DNA from: an uncultured delta proteobacterium
GTDB lineage: Bacteria > Desulfobacterota > Zymogenia > Zymogenales > Zymogenaceae
DNA: 64,000 nt
Assembly: GCA_963792965.1 (NCBI GenBank)
Contig: CAWBYW010000016.1
Location: 96,001 to 160,000, forward strand
Reading direction: 5' to 3'
The notes under the pieces are model-generated. The model did not search any database and was not told the origin of the DNA. It saw nothing but the letters and a program-made list of their open reading frames with translations. Shown here one piece after another: positions 40,094-53,100 of the stretch (positions within the stretch are counted from its first letter, which is position 1; each line of letters begins with the position of its first letter). Both the position numbers and the translations under genes were made by a program.

Positions 40094-43000
40094 TTACTTG
40101 GCGATGAGCTCGTCCAGCCGCTCGATGAGTAATTCGACGCTGAAACGGCTTTTCGACGAACGGGCTTCCCGTAATCTTCAGGAAGGCCTGGGTGTCTTTT
40201 CCGAGGACGTCACCGGTGATAAAGAGAACCCTGTTGGAAAGGCCGGGGTGATATTTCTGAATAAAGGTATAGAGCTCTTTTCCGCCGATACCGGGCATCT
40301 TCATGTCCGAGATCACCACGTCATATCGCTTGCCGTTGATAGCCTCGATGGCCTCCTCGCCGCCCGTGCATAGATCCACCCGATGCCCCTCGTCGGCCAA
40401 CGCTTCAAACAGGAGGTCCCTCACGGATTTCTCATCTTCGACCACAAGCACCGACTTTCCGTTTCGCGGTCCGGCCGCCTTTTTCTGCATGGGCCGCTCC
40501 GTGCGTTCTTCCTCACTCGTGACGGGGAGCTCGATGCTAAAGCGTGTCGCCTTCCTTGGGGAGCTTGTCACGTCGATTTTCCCGCCATGCTCACCTATGA
40601 TGCCGTAGACGATGGCAAGGCCCAAGCCCGTCCCCTTTCCGACCTCTTTGGTCGTGAAAAACGGATCAAAGATGTAGTTGATGATATCCTTGGGTATGCC
40701 CGGCCCGTCGTCCTCAAATTCGATCGAGATGGCGCCGTTTTTCAGTACCGAGCGGATCACGAGCGTGCCCCCGCCGGCCGTGACCAGGGCGTCGTGGGCA
40801 TTGTTGATGAGGTTGATGAAAACCTGCTGCAGCTGGTAGGGGTCGGCCGAGGTCTTGGGTATATCCTCGGAAAGATCCGTCTGAATCACGACGTTGTCCA
40901 CCCGCAGCTCATATTCCCTGAGCCGGTACGATTCCATGATCACGTCGTTGATGGATATCATTTTTCGCTCGGGCTTGTGCTCGCGCGCAAAGGCCAATAG
41001 TCCCTGGATGATCTTCGACGAGCGGAAGGACTCTTTACGGATGATTTCGAGCTTTTCCCGTATGTGGGCCGGTATCTCCTTTCGCATCATCAGATCGGCG
41101 TGGCCGATGATGGAGGTCAGGGGGTTGTTCAGCTCGTGGGCCACCCCGGACAGGATCCCCCCGAGGCTCGAGAGCTTCTCGGCCTGGGCGAGCTGTCGCT
41201 CCATTTTCTTTCTCTCGGTGATGTCCTTGAGGAAGCCCTGGTAGCCGATGATCGCGCCCGACTTGTCCTTCCTGACGACCGCCGTCATCAGGCAGTCGAG
41301 CAACTGGCCGTCTTTTCGCGTGAACGATATCTCGTGGTCCTTAACGAAACCCCTTTCCGCAAGAAGACGAATAATCCGGTCTCTTTCGTCCGACGGTGAA
41401 TAGACCTCGGTGAGGTCCAGGCTCAAGAGCTCTTCCCTCGTGTATCCGGTGAGTTGTTCCGCCGCCCGATTGATGTCGATGATCCGGGCCTCTCTATTCG
41501 TCACGACGATGATATCCCGGGAAGTCTCGAAGATACCGCGGTACCTTTCTTCAGACTCTTTGATTGCCTCTTCGGCCTCTTTTCGCTCGGTGATGTCTCT
41601 GATGGTCCCCTGGTAGCCGACGATAGCTCCTTTCCTGTCCCTCCTGGCCGCCGCGGTCATGAGGCAGTCCGCATACGTCCCGTCTTTTTTCCGCATAGTC
41701 AATTCAAAATCCTTGATAAACCGTGTCTTTCTATGGTCTCCTTGAATCGATTGCGCTCCGTGAGGATCCTTATAGAAGTAGCTGACGTTTCTGGAGAGGG
41801 TCTCCTCCCTCGTGTAGCCGAGGATCGTTTCAAACGCCGGATTGACGTCAAAGATAGCTCCTTCTGGCGAGGTAATGAAGACGATATCCTGGGACGTCTC
41901 GAAAAAGCCGCGGTATTTCTCCTCGGACTCTTTGAGGGCCTCCTCGGCCCTTTTGCGCTCCTGTTCGCTCTCAATAGACCGACAGGGCAAATGCGATATC
42001 TCCGGCTACTTCCACGAGCAGGGATGCTTCCTCATTATCGAAGACGTCGGCCTGGTCCCCATAAACCCCCAGCGCGCCGAAGACCTGTGTACCGACCACA
42101 ATGGGCAGCGCCATGCATGAGCGGTAACCCCTTTTCAGCGCCTCCTTCCGCCAGGGCAGGAAGTCCGGATCATGGGCGGTATCATTGGTTATCCACGGGC
42201 GCTTCGTTTTGATCGCCGTCCCCATCGGGCCCCTTGCCGGTTTTCGTGCTCATCCCAGGTTACGGTGATGTTCTTGAGATATCCGTCCTCAAATCCCCAG
42301 TAGGCCGCCGGGATGACTCGTTTGTGCCCCTCTTCGACCAGGCCGATCCAGACGAAGTGGTAGCCGCTCACCTCGCACAGGATCTCGCATGCTCCCTCAA
42401 GGATCGTATCTTTATCCTTTCACCTTCGCGATCAACTGGTCGATGTTCCTCAGCGACCGGAGGAGCCGGTTGAGGTGGGCGATCCGCTCCTGCGCCCGCT
42501 TCCATTCGGTGATGTCCCTCCCGAGGCCGTGCGCCTCGACGACTTTCCCGTCCTTCCAGATCAGGGTTTCCCTCATCTCCACCGTCCTGATTTCTCCGCC
42601 CTTATCAACAATGGAAAGATCGAAGGGGCCGATATCCTCGCCCTTTCGCTGTCTCTCGAAGAGCTCGGGAATCTTTTTCACTGATTCCGGGGCCAAGAGC
42701 TCAATGTAGTTTTTCCTGATCAGCTCATCCCGGGTATACCCGGAGACCCGCGCGAGGGCCCGGTTGAGATAGAGTATCTTTCCGGTTCCGTCCGTCACGT
42801 AGACGATGTCGTCGATGTTCTCCACCAGCTCCCGATAGCGCCGTTCCGACTCCCTGAGCGCATCCTCCGCCCTCTTACGCTCGGTGATGTCGCGCCCGAT
42901 CCCCTGAAATTCCACGATGCGATTTCCGCTCCAAACCAGTTTTTCCCGGGTCTCGATGGTCTTCAGCGTAACCGTCGGCATCAAAGACATCAAGGCGGAA

Positions 43001-44419
43001 GATCCCGACATCCTCACCGGCGCGCTGGCGCGCTGAAGACGTCGGCGGCGGTCTCCAATGAGCCGGGCGCAAGGAAATCGGCGAAGCTCCGTCCAATCAC
43101 CTCCTCCCGTCGACGTCCGATAAACTCCTCCGCCGCGCTGTTCAGAAAAGTGATTTTCCCCTGCTCGTTGGTAACGTAGACGATATCCGCGATATTCTCG
43201 ACCAGCTCCCGGTAGCGTTGTTCCGACTCCCTGAGAGCCAGCTCGGCCTCCTTGCGCCTGCTGATATCCGTTACGATAACCTGAACAGCCGGCTTTCCCC
43301 GATACGTGAGAGGTGTCGCAAGGACATCGACGGGAACGGCGGTGCCATCCAGCCTGACGTAGACATTCTCCGCCGGGTAGAGCCCTTCCTCTCCGGACAA
43401 CATCCGCTTAATCCGGTCCTCGGCATCTTTCAGATAGTCGGGGTGGATGATCTGCTTAATATCACGGCCGGTTATCTCGTCGGGGGATCCCGCGCCGAGG
43501 ATCTTTGCCCCCTCCATATTCGTGAAAACGATCTTCCCCTCGGACTGGACGGCTATACCCACGGGGGCGATCTCAAGGAGTTTACGGTAACGCTCCTCGC
43601 TCTCGCGGAGGGCTTCCTCGGCCTCCCTGCGCTCCGTAGTGTTTCTTCCCACGCCCAGAAAGCCGGAGGGCCGCCCGTCGGCGTCCCTGAGGAGCGTCAC
43701 GTTGATCTCGCCCCAGAAGGTGGAACCGTCCTTCCGACAAAACTCGAGCTCCATCGTTCGGGATATCTTCACGTTCGGGTCGTAAAGCCGCTCAGGCGTC
43801 AGGTCTTCCGCCATCGCCCCGGCGGCGATCCGATACGAATCGGGGGCCATGCTTTTTTCAAGAGGAAGGTCACGGAGCTCCTCGAGGCTGTACCCCCGGT
43901 TGAATGCGACCGAAGGATTCGAGTACGTCGTGCGAAAGTCCATGTCCATCATCCAGACGGTGTCGTTCATATTCTCGGTGATGATGCGGTAGCGCTCGTC
44001 TTTTTCGCGCAGGGCCGCCTCGGCGCGCTCTTTTTCGATCCGGAGCCTTTTTTGTTCGAGGGCGACGGCGACGGCGGGCCCCAGCCCTTCATATGCTCCT
44101 TGATGACGTAGTCGGCCGCGCCCGCCTTCATGCACTCGACGGCGGTGTCCTCGTTTTGCGATCCGGTCAGGATGATCACGGGCGTTATCGGCGCGCGCTC
44201 AAGGGTAAGTTTGAGCGCCGTCAGCCCGTCAAAGGAGGGGAGCTTGAAGTCCGAGACGATGAGGTCGGGACGGAACGCCTCGAGGGCCGCGAGGAACTCC
44301 TCGCGCGTCTCGACCGTCCGGAAGACACACTTCTTGCAGCTCTTGCCGATCTCCCGCTCGGCCAATTCCGCGTCCGTCGGGAGGTCTTCGACGATCAGGA
44401 TGCGCGTGGGCTCATCCAT
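40094..44419 (-). CDS. Large hybrid kinase (REC-PASn-GAF-PAS2-HisKA-HATPase-REC), fragmented by many frameshifts
   Basis: Consecutive fragments: REC (43967-44419), PAS (43014-44135, 42412-43017), GAF (41971-42371), PAS-HK-REC with GVAHELNNPL (40086-41990); true end ...LDELIAK* at 40094. Confidence 0.85.
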
Positions 44420-44467
44420 TGGGTTTCACCTTCGCTTCATTGATAAGAAGGGATGCCGTCGGCCCGC

Positions 44468-44912
44468 CTAAGAAGGGGGCTGATTCACCAGCAGCCAGTA
44501 GAGCCCGAGGTTGCTCATCGCCTGAAAGAACTGGTCGAAATCGACCGGTTTGACCACGTAGCTGTTGGCGCCGAGGGCGTAGGCCTCCTTGATGTCCGGG
44601 TCTTCCCGCGAGGAGCTCACGACGACGACGGGGATGCTTTTCGTCCGCTCGATGCCCTTGATCACCCGCAGAACCTCAAGACCGTTCATCTTGGGGAGCT
44701 TCAGGTCAAGGAGCACCACCTTGGGAAGCTTCATCGTCTTTCTTTCCGCGTATTCCCCCTGGGCCAGGAGGATATCCAGCGCCTGCGCCCCGTCCTGCGC
44801 AACATAGATCTGGTTTGCCAGATGGTTTTTCTTGAGTGCCCTGACCGTCAGCTCGGCATCATTGGGATTATCCTCCACCAGGAGGATGTCTAATCGGTTC
44901 GATGTTGCTCAT
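44468..44912 (-). CDS. Rcp1-like single-domain response regulator (1-nt shift near start)
   Basis: [48 protein letters not shown]. Confidence 0.9.
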
Positions 44913-47432
44913 GAAGTCCCCCCTTCATTGAGTAGGGCAAAGTAAAACGCGGCGCCTTTTTCCACTTCTCCTTCGGCCCAGACCCGCCCGCCGTGGCGGT
45001 GGATCACCCGCTGGACGATAGCGAGGCCGACGCCGGTGCCCGGAAATTCCCGCTCGCCGTGGAGCCGCTGAAAAACCCCGAAGAGCTTGTCCGAATAGCG
45101 CATGTCAAAGCCGGCGCCGTTGTCCCTGACGGAGTAGATCGCCTCGCCGTTCTGTATTTCTCCGTTTACCTCGATTACCGCCCGCTCTTTCTTGGACGAA
45201 AACTTAACCGCGTTCGATATGAGGTTCACCCACACCTGCCGAATCATCGTCGGGTCTCCCTCGAAGCGCGGCAATTTCCCCACCCGAAAGTCGATGCGTC
45301 CGCGGCCTTCCTCGTTCGTCAGCTCGAAAAAGACGGAGCGCGCCAGAATCCCCATATCGATCGGGGCGGCCTGCATCTCGACGCGCCCGATGCGCGAGAA
45401 CGCCAGCAGATCGTCGATGAGCCTGCCCATTTTGTTCGTGTTATCGCGGATGATCGCGCTCAGGCGCCTTCCCTCCTCGTCCAGAGACGCCTCGTGCTCC
45501 TCGAGAAGGACCTTGGTGAACCCGTCGATGGCGCGCAGCGGGGCGCGCAGGTCGTGCGACACCGAGTAGCTGAAGGCCTCGAGCTCCTTGTTGGAGGCCT
45601 CCAGCTGCGCCGTGCGGTCGCGCACGCGCTGTTCCAGCTCCTTGTTGAGCGTCTGAATTTCTTCCTCCGCCCGCCTGCGGTCGGTGATATCGAGCGCCGA
45701 AGACAGCGCACCCGTCACCTTTCCGCTTTCGTCTTTGAGCACACGGCACCACCAACCGAGCAGTCGACTTTGGCCGTCACTGCGCCGCTGCCAGCTCTCG
45801 ACGTAGAAAACGTTTTCAACACCGTCAAAGAGTGGCTGCACCACGGTCATAGGTTTCCTGCTCACCGACGAAGTAACCGGCCGCTTCTTTCCCGATTACG
45901 TCCTCCCCGAAGAACTCGAGGCCCGCCTGATTGGCCCAGGTATAGACCTTGTTGTTGTCCACCTCCATGATGATGTCGCTAACGGCGTCCAGGATGGCCT
46001 CCTGGCGATTAGACAACGCCCGCAAATTCTCCTCGGCGCGTTTTTTTTCGGTGATGTCTCGTAGGACGGACCGGCTATAGAGGATTTTGCCCTTCGCGTC
46101 TCTCACCGCGCTGGTGCTGAGCATGACGTCGATCGTCGTCCCGTCCTTTCGCAGTATCTTGAGCTCTTCGCCGTGCACCTCTCCCGTCTTCAGAAAGGTC
46201 GGGAACACCACCTTGCCGGGAACGTTCGGCGCTGTCCGGATGATATATTTCAAAGACGGGGCGGCCGATGATCTCGTCCTTCGTGTACCCCGCTTGCCCT
46301 GGCAAACGTCTCGTTGCAGCTTGATGATTTTCGCCGTTTTTGCGTCCACCGATACGAACATGTCGGGGGCGTTTTCGTAGAGGTCCTCGTATCGTGCCTC
46401 CGACTCCCTGAGCGCCTCTTCTGCCCGCTTGCGCTCCGTTACGTCCCTCCCGATTCCGTGGACTTCCTTGGCTCTCCCTTGTTCCCAAATGAGCCGCTCT
46501 CTTGTTTCGACCGTGTGGATAGCGCCGCCCTTACCGTGTAGTTTGACTTCAAACGGGCCGACATTTTCCCCGGCGAGTTGTCGTTTATATACACGCGTAA
46601 TATCCTTATACGAGTCGGTTGTGAGGAGGCTCTTCGTATTGAGCCTGAGGAACTCTTCCCTCGAATATCCCAGTTTTGACGCGGCGGCGCTGTTGACGAA
46701 CGTTATGTTTCCCTTATCGTCAAAGACATAGATAATGTCCTCGATATTTTCTACGATATTGCGGTAGCGCTCTTCGCTTTCCTCGATCCGGCGCAGCATC
46801 GGAGACGAGACCCGCAGGAAGAGAAAGGCGCCGACAAGCGCCAACAGGAGCGCAATGGAACCCGCGGTCAGGCCCGCCCGGACGAAGGGGGCTTTGACCT
46901 CCGCAAGGTCGATCTTGGCCACGACGCCGAGGCCCAGCGCCTGCACCGGCTCGTAGGCCGCCAGCACCTTCTCCCCCCGGTAGTCGATGCCGACCATCGT
47001 CCCGGAAAGCCCCGAGAGGGCGCGTCGCATTGGCTCGGCCACGGGGGAATCGAGTGGGAGGATCGTCGGCGCCTGGGCCTTCTCGGCGAATCTTCCTGCG
47101 AACAGGAAGACCATCGAGTCTCCCTCGCGACGGGCGACGACGACCTCCCCGCTCACTGTTTCGGGATGATAATGGATGTGAGACTCAAGGAGCTCCCGGA
47201 GCTTTGCGTCGTCTATTTTTTTGACTCGACTCCCGGCCACTATTCCATTTGCGCGGGTGATCTCCTCAAAGTGCAACGCCTGGCTCCGCGCGATCTCTGA
47301 CAGGCGCTGCTTCTGCTCCTCGATAGCCGCCCGGTAGAGCATGCTGATCGTGACGCCGAGGACGACGAGAATAATCGCGGTCATGATGAGGATGAGGATG
47401 GCGATTCTTCTTCCGCTCTCTTCACGGTCCAA
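44909..47432 (-). CDS. Membrane-bound PAS sensor histidine kinase (frameshifted)
   Basis: Two TMs around a Cache-like domain, PAS domains, then FSYSVSHDLRAPL, NAVKF, DNGAG, GTGVGL; shifts near 46300 and 45850. Confidence 0.88.
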
Positions 47433-47893
47433 GACCTCGCTGTTTATCTTTTAGAATGCAGAGTGAACACGAATCCGCCGCCCACGTCTTGTCGGGATCT
47501 TTGAGAACAAACCAATACGTTAGTTAGTGCCGTGAATTGAGACTACCCTCCGAGAGCATGCCGTGCCGTCTCCGAGCACGGATTTCACCGCGTAAAGTCA
47601 GTTCGACCGATGGCCCGCCGCGAGAGGTCGCTGTGGAAGTTGAATAGTAAGACGGTACTGATAGTCGCCACGAATGTGAGCTGATGGAGGGAGCGGTAAC
47701 ATACAACGTGCCCCGGTCTCTCTTGATTAACCAATAACGATTCTTATGATATTATCCGCCGTTTTATTTGATTATGCAAACAGTATTTTGGATATCCTTT
47801 CACTATCATATCAGATTAGTATACGCATGCCCGTTTTTGCGCTTCATGCTCGGATAAGAAACGGCCATTCATGCGCCTTCCTTCTCTCCCCAA

Positions 47894-48538
47894 TCACAGC
47901 CGGATCACGATGGTGTCGCATATCATGTCGTGCCACCCCTGCCGCTCCTCGTCCCAGATGATCCACAGGAATCCGACGAAGAGCAAGAGCCCCGATGGAA
48001 TATAGCACACAAGCCTTAGGGCGGAGATCGGAAAGGATACCGCCCTTCCATCACTCATGACCACCCTGATGCCCATGATCATCTTCCCCACGGTCTGCCC
48101 GAACAGGGTAGTCATCACGATGAAGTAGAGGGGCGGAACGGCAATCCCGACAAGGAGTCCCGCTTTCAGGAGGGGAGAAAGGAATCCAAGGAACTCCAGG
48201 CCCTGGCTCGTGAGTATCATGTCTACAATCCCCGTGGTCTTATCTATGAGAAGCGCCGCTCCCAATAGGAGCGCCAGGTCGAACATGAAGACAAAGAGGA
48301 TATCGAAGGCCATCGCAAACGACCGGATGAAGAAACCGGCTCGCCTGAAATCGGCGATATTCTTCTTTGGAACAGGGGCATCATGCCGCGCCGGAACAGT
48401 CGCCTTCCTCCGACGGACGAGCGGCTCTCTTTTCGGGCTTTTCACGGCAACCGCCTGTCGGCCGGGCAACAGGGCGCCGCATGAGCGGCAGCGCAGCGCG
48501 TCGGCCCTGTTATAGTAGTCGCACTCGGGGCATTTCAT
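47894..48538 (-). CDS. RDD family membrane protein with N-terminal zinc ribbon
   Basis: MKCPEC...CRSCG; AGFFIRSFAMAFD, GQTVGKMIMGIRVV, QGWHDMI. Confidence 0.9.
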   Translation of the reverse strand: MKCPECDYYNRADALRCRSCGALLPGRQAVAVKSPKREPLVRRRKATVPARHDAPVPKKNIADFRRAGFFIRSFAMAFDILFVFMFDLALLLGAALLIDKTTGIVDMILTSQGLEFLGFLSPLLKAGLLVGIAVPPLYFIVMTTLFGQTVGKMIMGIRVVMSDGRAVSFPISALRLVCYIPSGLLLFVGFLWIIWDEERQGWHDMICDTIVIRL

Positions 48539-48542
48539 CGTC

Positions 48543-49265
48543 TCAGCGCCACCCCCACTCGTATTGAACGATCGCGGCCGCCACCAGCGGCGCGGTCTCC
48601 GCCCGAAAAATGAGCCCGCCGAGGCCCGCCACAATAAGGCCGGCCTCCCGTGCGCCGGCGATCTCGGCACCCGAGAAACCGCCCTCCGGGCCGGTGAAAA
48701 GGGAGATCGTGCCGGGGGGGTCCGTCACCTCTCCGATGATCTCCTTTATTCCCCTGGTCTCCTCCTCCGAGAGGATGAGGGAAAGGCCCCCGCGAAGCTC
48801 GACGGCCTCCGAAAAAGCGAGGGGGGAATGCACCTCCAGCGCGCGGTTTCGCCGCGCCAGCCGGGACTCCTCCTCGGCGATCTTCTTCATTCGCGCAAGC
48901 TTCATGTCGCCGATATCACGCACGATCGTCCGTGATGAAACAAAGGGAGTCACCGACGAAACGCCAAGCTCGGCCGCGTCCCGAACGAGGCGCTCCATCT
49001 TTTTCCCCTTCAGAAGCCCGATAAAGAGGTGAACGGCAAGCGAGGCCTCGGGGTGCGGCGGCATCTCTTCAATAACGACGAGCGACACCATCTTCCGTGA
49101 GACGGCCGCCGTCCGCGCCGCGAACTCGTGCCCCCTCTCGTCCACAAGGCAGATCGTATCGCCGACCGAAAGCCTCAACACATCCCTGATATAGTGGGCC
49201 TGCTCGGACGAAGGCATGATCGCCGCCCCCGAGGAGAGCGTCCCCTTAACGAAGAGCCGCTTCAT
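48543..49265 (-). CDS. rsmE: 16S rRNA (uracil1498-N3)-methyltransferase
   Basis: HYIRDVLRL, AELGV, GPEGGFS, LIFRAETA. Confidence 0.92.
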   Translation of the reverse strand: MKRLFVKGTLSSGAAIMPSSEQAHYIRDVLRLSVGDTICLVDERGHEFAARTAAVSRKMVSLVVIEEMPPHPEASLAVHLFIGLLKGKKMERLVRDAAELGVSSVTPFVSSRTIVRDIGDMKLARMKKIAEEESRLARRNRALEVHSPLAFSEAVELRGGLSLILSEEETRGIKEIIGEVTDPPGTISLFTGPEGGFSGAEIAGAREAGLIVAGLGGLIFRAETAPLVAAAIVQYEWGWR

Positions 49266-51240
49266 CTTCTGCCCCGCCTGTTCCCAGCAGCTCGTAAATC
49301 CCCACGGCCTGTTCCTTCCCCTTGACGTTGACCTGGCCCAGATCACGGGTCACGAAATCTCCCGCCTTCTTTAGCGTAAACTCGCTGATGATGATCGTCG
49401 TGCCGAACTCCTTGTTCAGCCCCTCCAGTCGCGAAGCCAGATTGACGCTGTCGCCAATGACGGTATAATCCATCCGTCGCTCCGAGCCGATATTACCGAC
49501 GACCACTTCGCCGCTGTTGATGCCGATGCCGATCTGCATGGGCGGTATCCCCTCCGTCATGAGGCGCTCGTTGACTTTTTTGAGCTCTTGCTTCATGGAC
49601 AGGGCGCAGAGACACGCCTTGCGCGCGTGGTCGGGGGCTTGTTTCGGCGCCCCGAAAAACGCCATGATGGCGTCGCCGACGTATTTGTCGAGGGTTCCGT
49701 CGAATCGGAAGACCACCTCGACCATGGCCTTGAAATAGATATTCAGGCGCCGCACCACTTCCTCGGGGGGGAGCTTCTCGCTCATGGAAGTAAAGCCCCG
49801 GATGTCCGAAAAGAGGATCGAGATATCCCTGCGCTCGCCGCTATCGAGCTTCAGGTCCTCGATGTTCTTGCTGATCTCTTCGGCCACCTGGTGGGAGACA
49901 TACTTCGCGAAGGCTTCCTTGAACTTCTTTTTTGTCCTCCCTTCGGTAACATAGTTGAAGACGAGCGTCGAGACAAAGGAGAGAAATATCGCCGACGTCG
50001 GCGCGATATAGTCCATCATGACCCTCTCCCAGCGAAAGAGGTAGCCGACGATAAGCGTAAAGACGATGAGGATTACGAAAAGCGAGAGGATGCCGTACGC
50101 GGCGGACGAGGCCCTGAGCGAGACCGCCGCCACCAACAGGGAGAGGATGACAATGACCGCCACGCCCTCCGCCCGCGGGAGGCTTTTCACATGGTCGTTA
50201 TTGAGGATATTGTCAAGTGCCGTGGCGTTGAGCTCCACCCCCGGGTAGACCGGCGAAAAGGGGGTCGCCCGCAGGTCGAAGAGCGATACGGCGGTCGTCC
50301 CCACCAGGACGATCCTGCCGGCGAAGGTCTCGGCGGGGATGCGTGGGGGCTGCCCCCTCCGGAGTGCCGCCATCGATTCGATAATGTCGCCGATCGAGTA
50401 GTATTCATAGGTACGGTACGGGCCGTGCCAATTGACGGCCATCCTCCCGTCGGGAGACAGCGGAATGGTAATCGGCCCAGCGAGGAGCGTTCGATTCTTC
50501 GTGATGACGATTGACTCCTTTTTCGGGTCGACTCCAAGGTACTTCAGGGCGGATATGAGACAGAGAGACGGATAATAGCGGCCCTGGTACAGAAAGAGGG
50601 GATAGACGGCGCGCGAGGGCCCGTCGGGGTCGGCCACGAAATTGATGCATCCCGTCCCCGATGAGGCGGCCAACAGCCCGAGGTAAGGCAGCGTGGCCGA
50701 CCGGTATTGTGAAAGGGTGATATCGCTTCTGTTCTCCACCGGGACACTGAAGTGCTCCGCCAGATAGAGGTGCTCCATGAGCGCCTCATAGGTCTCGGTC
50801 CCGGTTTCCGGGCCCGGCAGAAAGACCGTCGAGGTGATGGCCTTCCCGAAACCGGAGGCGGCCCGAGCGAATGCGGCATCGGATGTCGGGTTTTTTATGT
50901 CGGGCTCAGCGAAGATGAGGTCGAAGGCCACCAGCCGCGCCCCGCCGGCTTTCAGGTAGTCCAGCAGTGCCCCAAAGACCTCCCGGGGCCAGGGCCACGT
51001 ACCCAGGTCGTTCCGATAGAAGTTGAGGCTCTCCTCATCGAGCGTGATGATGACGATGCGGTCGTCATGGCGCTTCGGGTCGGAAAAGATCCTGAAGCGG
51101 ACGTCGCCGGTCTTGTTCTCAAGTGAGGTCAACAATCCCCCGAGATGGGCGGACAGGACCACCGCGCTTACCACAGCGCCGATCACTGCACCCATCAGGA
51201 ATCGATAGAGAGCGGGATATGTTTTCCTAATATTCTTCAT
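49246..51240 (-). CDS. CHASE2 class III adenylate cyclase
   Basis: WPWPRE, FDLIFAE (CHASE2), three TMs, FSDIRGFT, DKYVGDAIM, DYTVIGDSVNLASRLE; Lys/Thr specificity residues fit ATP. Confidence 0.94.
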   Translation of the reverse strand: MKNIRKTYPALYRFLMGAVIGAVVSAVVLSAHLGGLLTSLENKTGDVRFRIFSDPKRHDDRIVIITLDEESLNFYRNDLGTWPWPREVFGALLDYLKAGGARLVAFDLIFAEPDIKNPTSDAAFARAASGFGKAITSTVFLPGPETGTETYEALMEHLYLAEHFSVPVENRSDITLSQYRSATLPYLGLLAASSGTGCINFVADPDGPSRAVYPLFLYQGRYYPSLCLISALKYLGVDPKKESIVITKNRTLLAGPITIPLSPDGRMAVNWHGPYRTYEYYSIGDIIESMAALRRGQPPRIPAETFAGRIVLVGTTAVSLFDLRATPFSPVYPGVELNATALDNILNNDHVKSLPRAEGVAVIVILSLLVAAVSLRASSAAYGILSLFVILIVFTLIVGYLFRWERVMMDYIAPTSAIFLSFVSTLVFNYVTEGRTKKKFKEAFAKYVSHQVAEEISKNIEDLKLDSGERRDISILFSDIRGFTSMSEKLPPEEVVRRLNIYFKAMVEVVFRFDGTLDKYVGDAIMAFFGAPKQAPDHARKACLCALSMKQELKKVNERLMTEGIPPMQIGIGINSGEVVVGNIGSERRMDYTVIGDSVNLASRLEGLNKEFGTTIIISEFTLKKAGDFVTRDLGQVNVKGKEQAVGIYELLGTGGAEDEAALR

Positions 51241-51317
51241 ATGTTATACATACCAATAAAAGCAGTCGGAGGCAATAATTTTTATACAACGGGGACGCCT
51301 TTCCTCGCTCGTGACGA

Positions 51318-51346
51318 TTGACATGATATAAAGAACGGGGTACTAT
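51318..51346 (+). promoter_or_regulatory. sigma70 promoter
   Basis: TTGACA-17 nt-TACTAT upstream of the GT-C gene. Confidence 0.7.
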
Positions 51347-51407
51347 TTACGGCATTACATAATCTTCATGTATTCTTGATGGTAAGCGACAGAGGGAGGC
51401 CGCGCTC

Positions 51408-52996
51408 GTGTACGGAACGGATGAAGGATACGACGGGTGGGAGGGATATCTTGCCTTATTCATGATTTTCGCGGTCGGCACCGCCCTCAGGGCGGTCATG
51501 CTTTTTCACCAGACCGTTATCTCGCCCGATAGTCCCGGGTATATTTATAATGCCCTCGCAATCGGTAAGGAAGGGCTGAAAAGTCTCTTCGCAGGCGGTT
51601 TCGCCGGGAATTTCTCCATCTACCCCATCTTCATCTACCTTACCAATCTCGTGATCGGCGATCCGGTATTGTCCGGTCAGCTGGTCTCGCTCGTATTCGG
51701 TTCGCTCGCTATTTTGCTCGTTTATCCCATCACGAAAGAGATAATGGGTGCGCGGGCCGGGCTCATCGTCGCCTTTCTCGTGGCCGTTCATCCGCACCTG
51801 ATCAGGTATTCGGGGATGGTCCTGAAAGACTCGACCCTGATCTTCTTCGCCCTCGGGGCTGTGGCCCTGGGTCTGTTTGGGTGCACGAGAAGGAACAGGC
51901 TCCTCATCGTCCTTGCCGGGATCTTGGCATGGACCACGGCGGTCGTGCGTCTGTATGGCATCATCGTCGTCCCCTCGCTCGCTCTCGCCATCGTTGTCTA
52001 TACCCTTTTTCAGAGGGAAGGGATAAAGGAGACGCTCCTTCGTCTGGCCCTCTTTCTCTTTCCCCTGCCCGTCGTGGGGTACATCGCGTTCCTCATCTTT
52101 ATCGGGCCCCACAATGAATTCTTCATCGAGAGTTTCCTGAAGGTCCTCACCATTGTCGTATCCTTTGTTCATCAGACCGGGACCTACCGGGACCTGCTTT
52201 TGCGTGGCAATCCCGAAATCAGTCGTGGTTATCTGGACGTGATAACCCGCTATCCCCGGGTTTCGGCCGCCGTTCATTTCGTTGCTGTTTTTGGAACCGC
52301 GTTCTTTTTTTTCTTTTTCGTCCTTTTTCTGTTGGGCATCTACATTGACAGGAAAAATCTCCTCAACAAGGGCCCGCGCCTCTTCATTCTTTCGTTTGCC
52401 TCGGTATACATCTTTTTCGATCTTGCCATTCTCATGGTCTTCTTCTTCCTCACGAAAAGGCAGCTCATGCCGCTCGTTATCGTTCTTCTCCCCTGGTCGG
52501 CGCTCACGTTCGAAAGGGGCATCACGTGGCTCACGGACTATTCGCGTGCCCGCGCAGAAGAAGAACGCGGCAGATCCTTCGGGCGACAGTTCCGCTCCTC
52601 GCCGTTATCTGGATCGTCGGCGCCTTCTCTTACACAAGTTCTCCGACCGCGGAAGGTGCGCTGCTCGGGTACAAAAGGGCGGCGGGCGAGTATATCAAGG
52701 AGACGGCAGGCGGCCATCCCCTGATTCTTCTTCCCCACGCCGATGCCGAAGGACTGGTCGTCTTCTATGCGGGCGCCGAGGGCATATCCTTCGATGACCC
52801 GGCCACAATCGAGAAGATGATCGATACCGATGACCCCAATATCATCTTGTGGGATACGGTCCTCGGCCCCCTGCCGAAGGAGTTTCCTCTGCTGGTTGAG
52901 CACGGCAAAATCGAGCATATCACGACGATACCGGGCTCAGGCACCAATGTTATCTATATCTATCGGAATACCCGAAACGAAACCGGCAGGCGGTAG
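51408..52996 (+). CDS. GT-C fold (PMT/ArnT-like, family 39) membrane glycosyltransferase; frameshift near 52560
   Basis: ISPDSPGY first-loop Asp, YP, many TMs, HPHLIRYSGMVLKD; C-terminus continues in ORF 52526-52996. Confidence 0.8.
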
Positions 52997-53100
52997 GCGC
53001 CACGGAAGGCCCGCAAAAAAGGGGCTGGAGAAAACTATCCCCAACCCCTCTTGTTTCCCACGACTCGCCCCGCCGAGCGGCGGCGTCCCAAAATCTCAGA

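Noticed and set aside
47440-47890. Intergenic region with short ORFs upstream of the sensor kinase
   Set aside because: No RBS, motif, repeat or clear RNA structure; probably promoter DNA.
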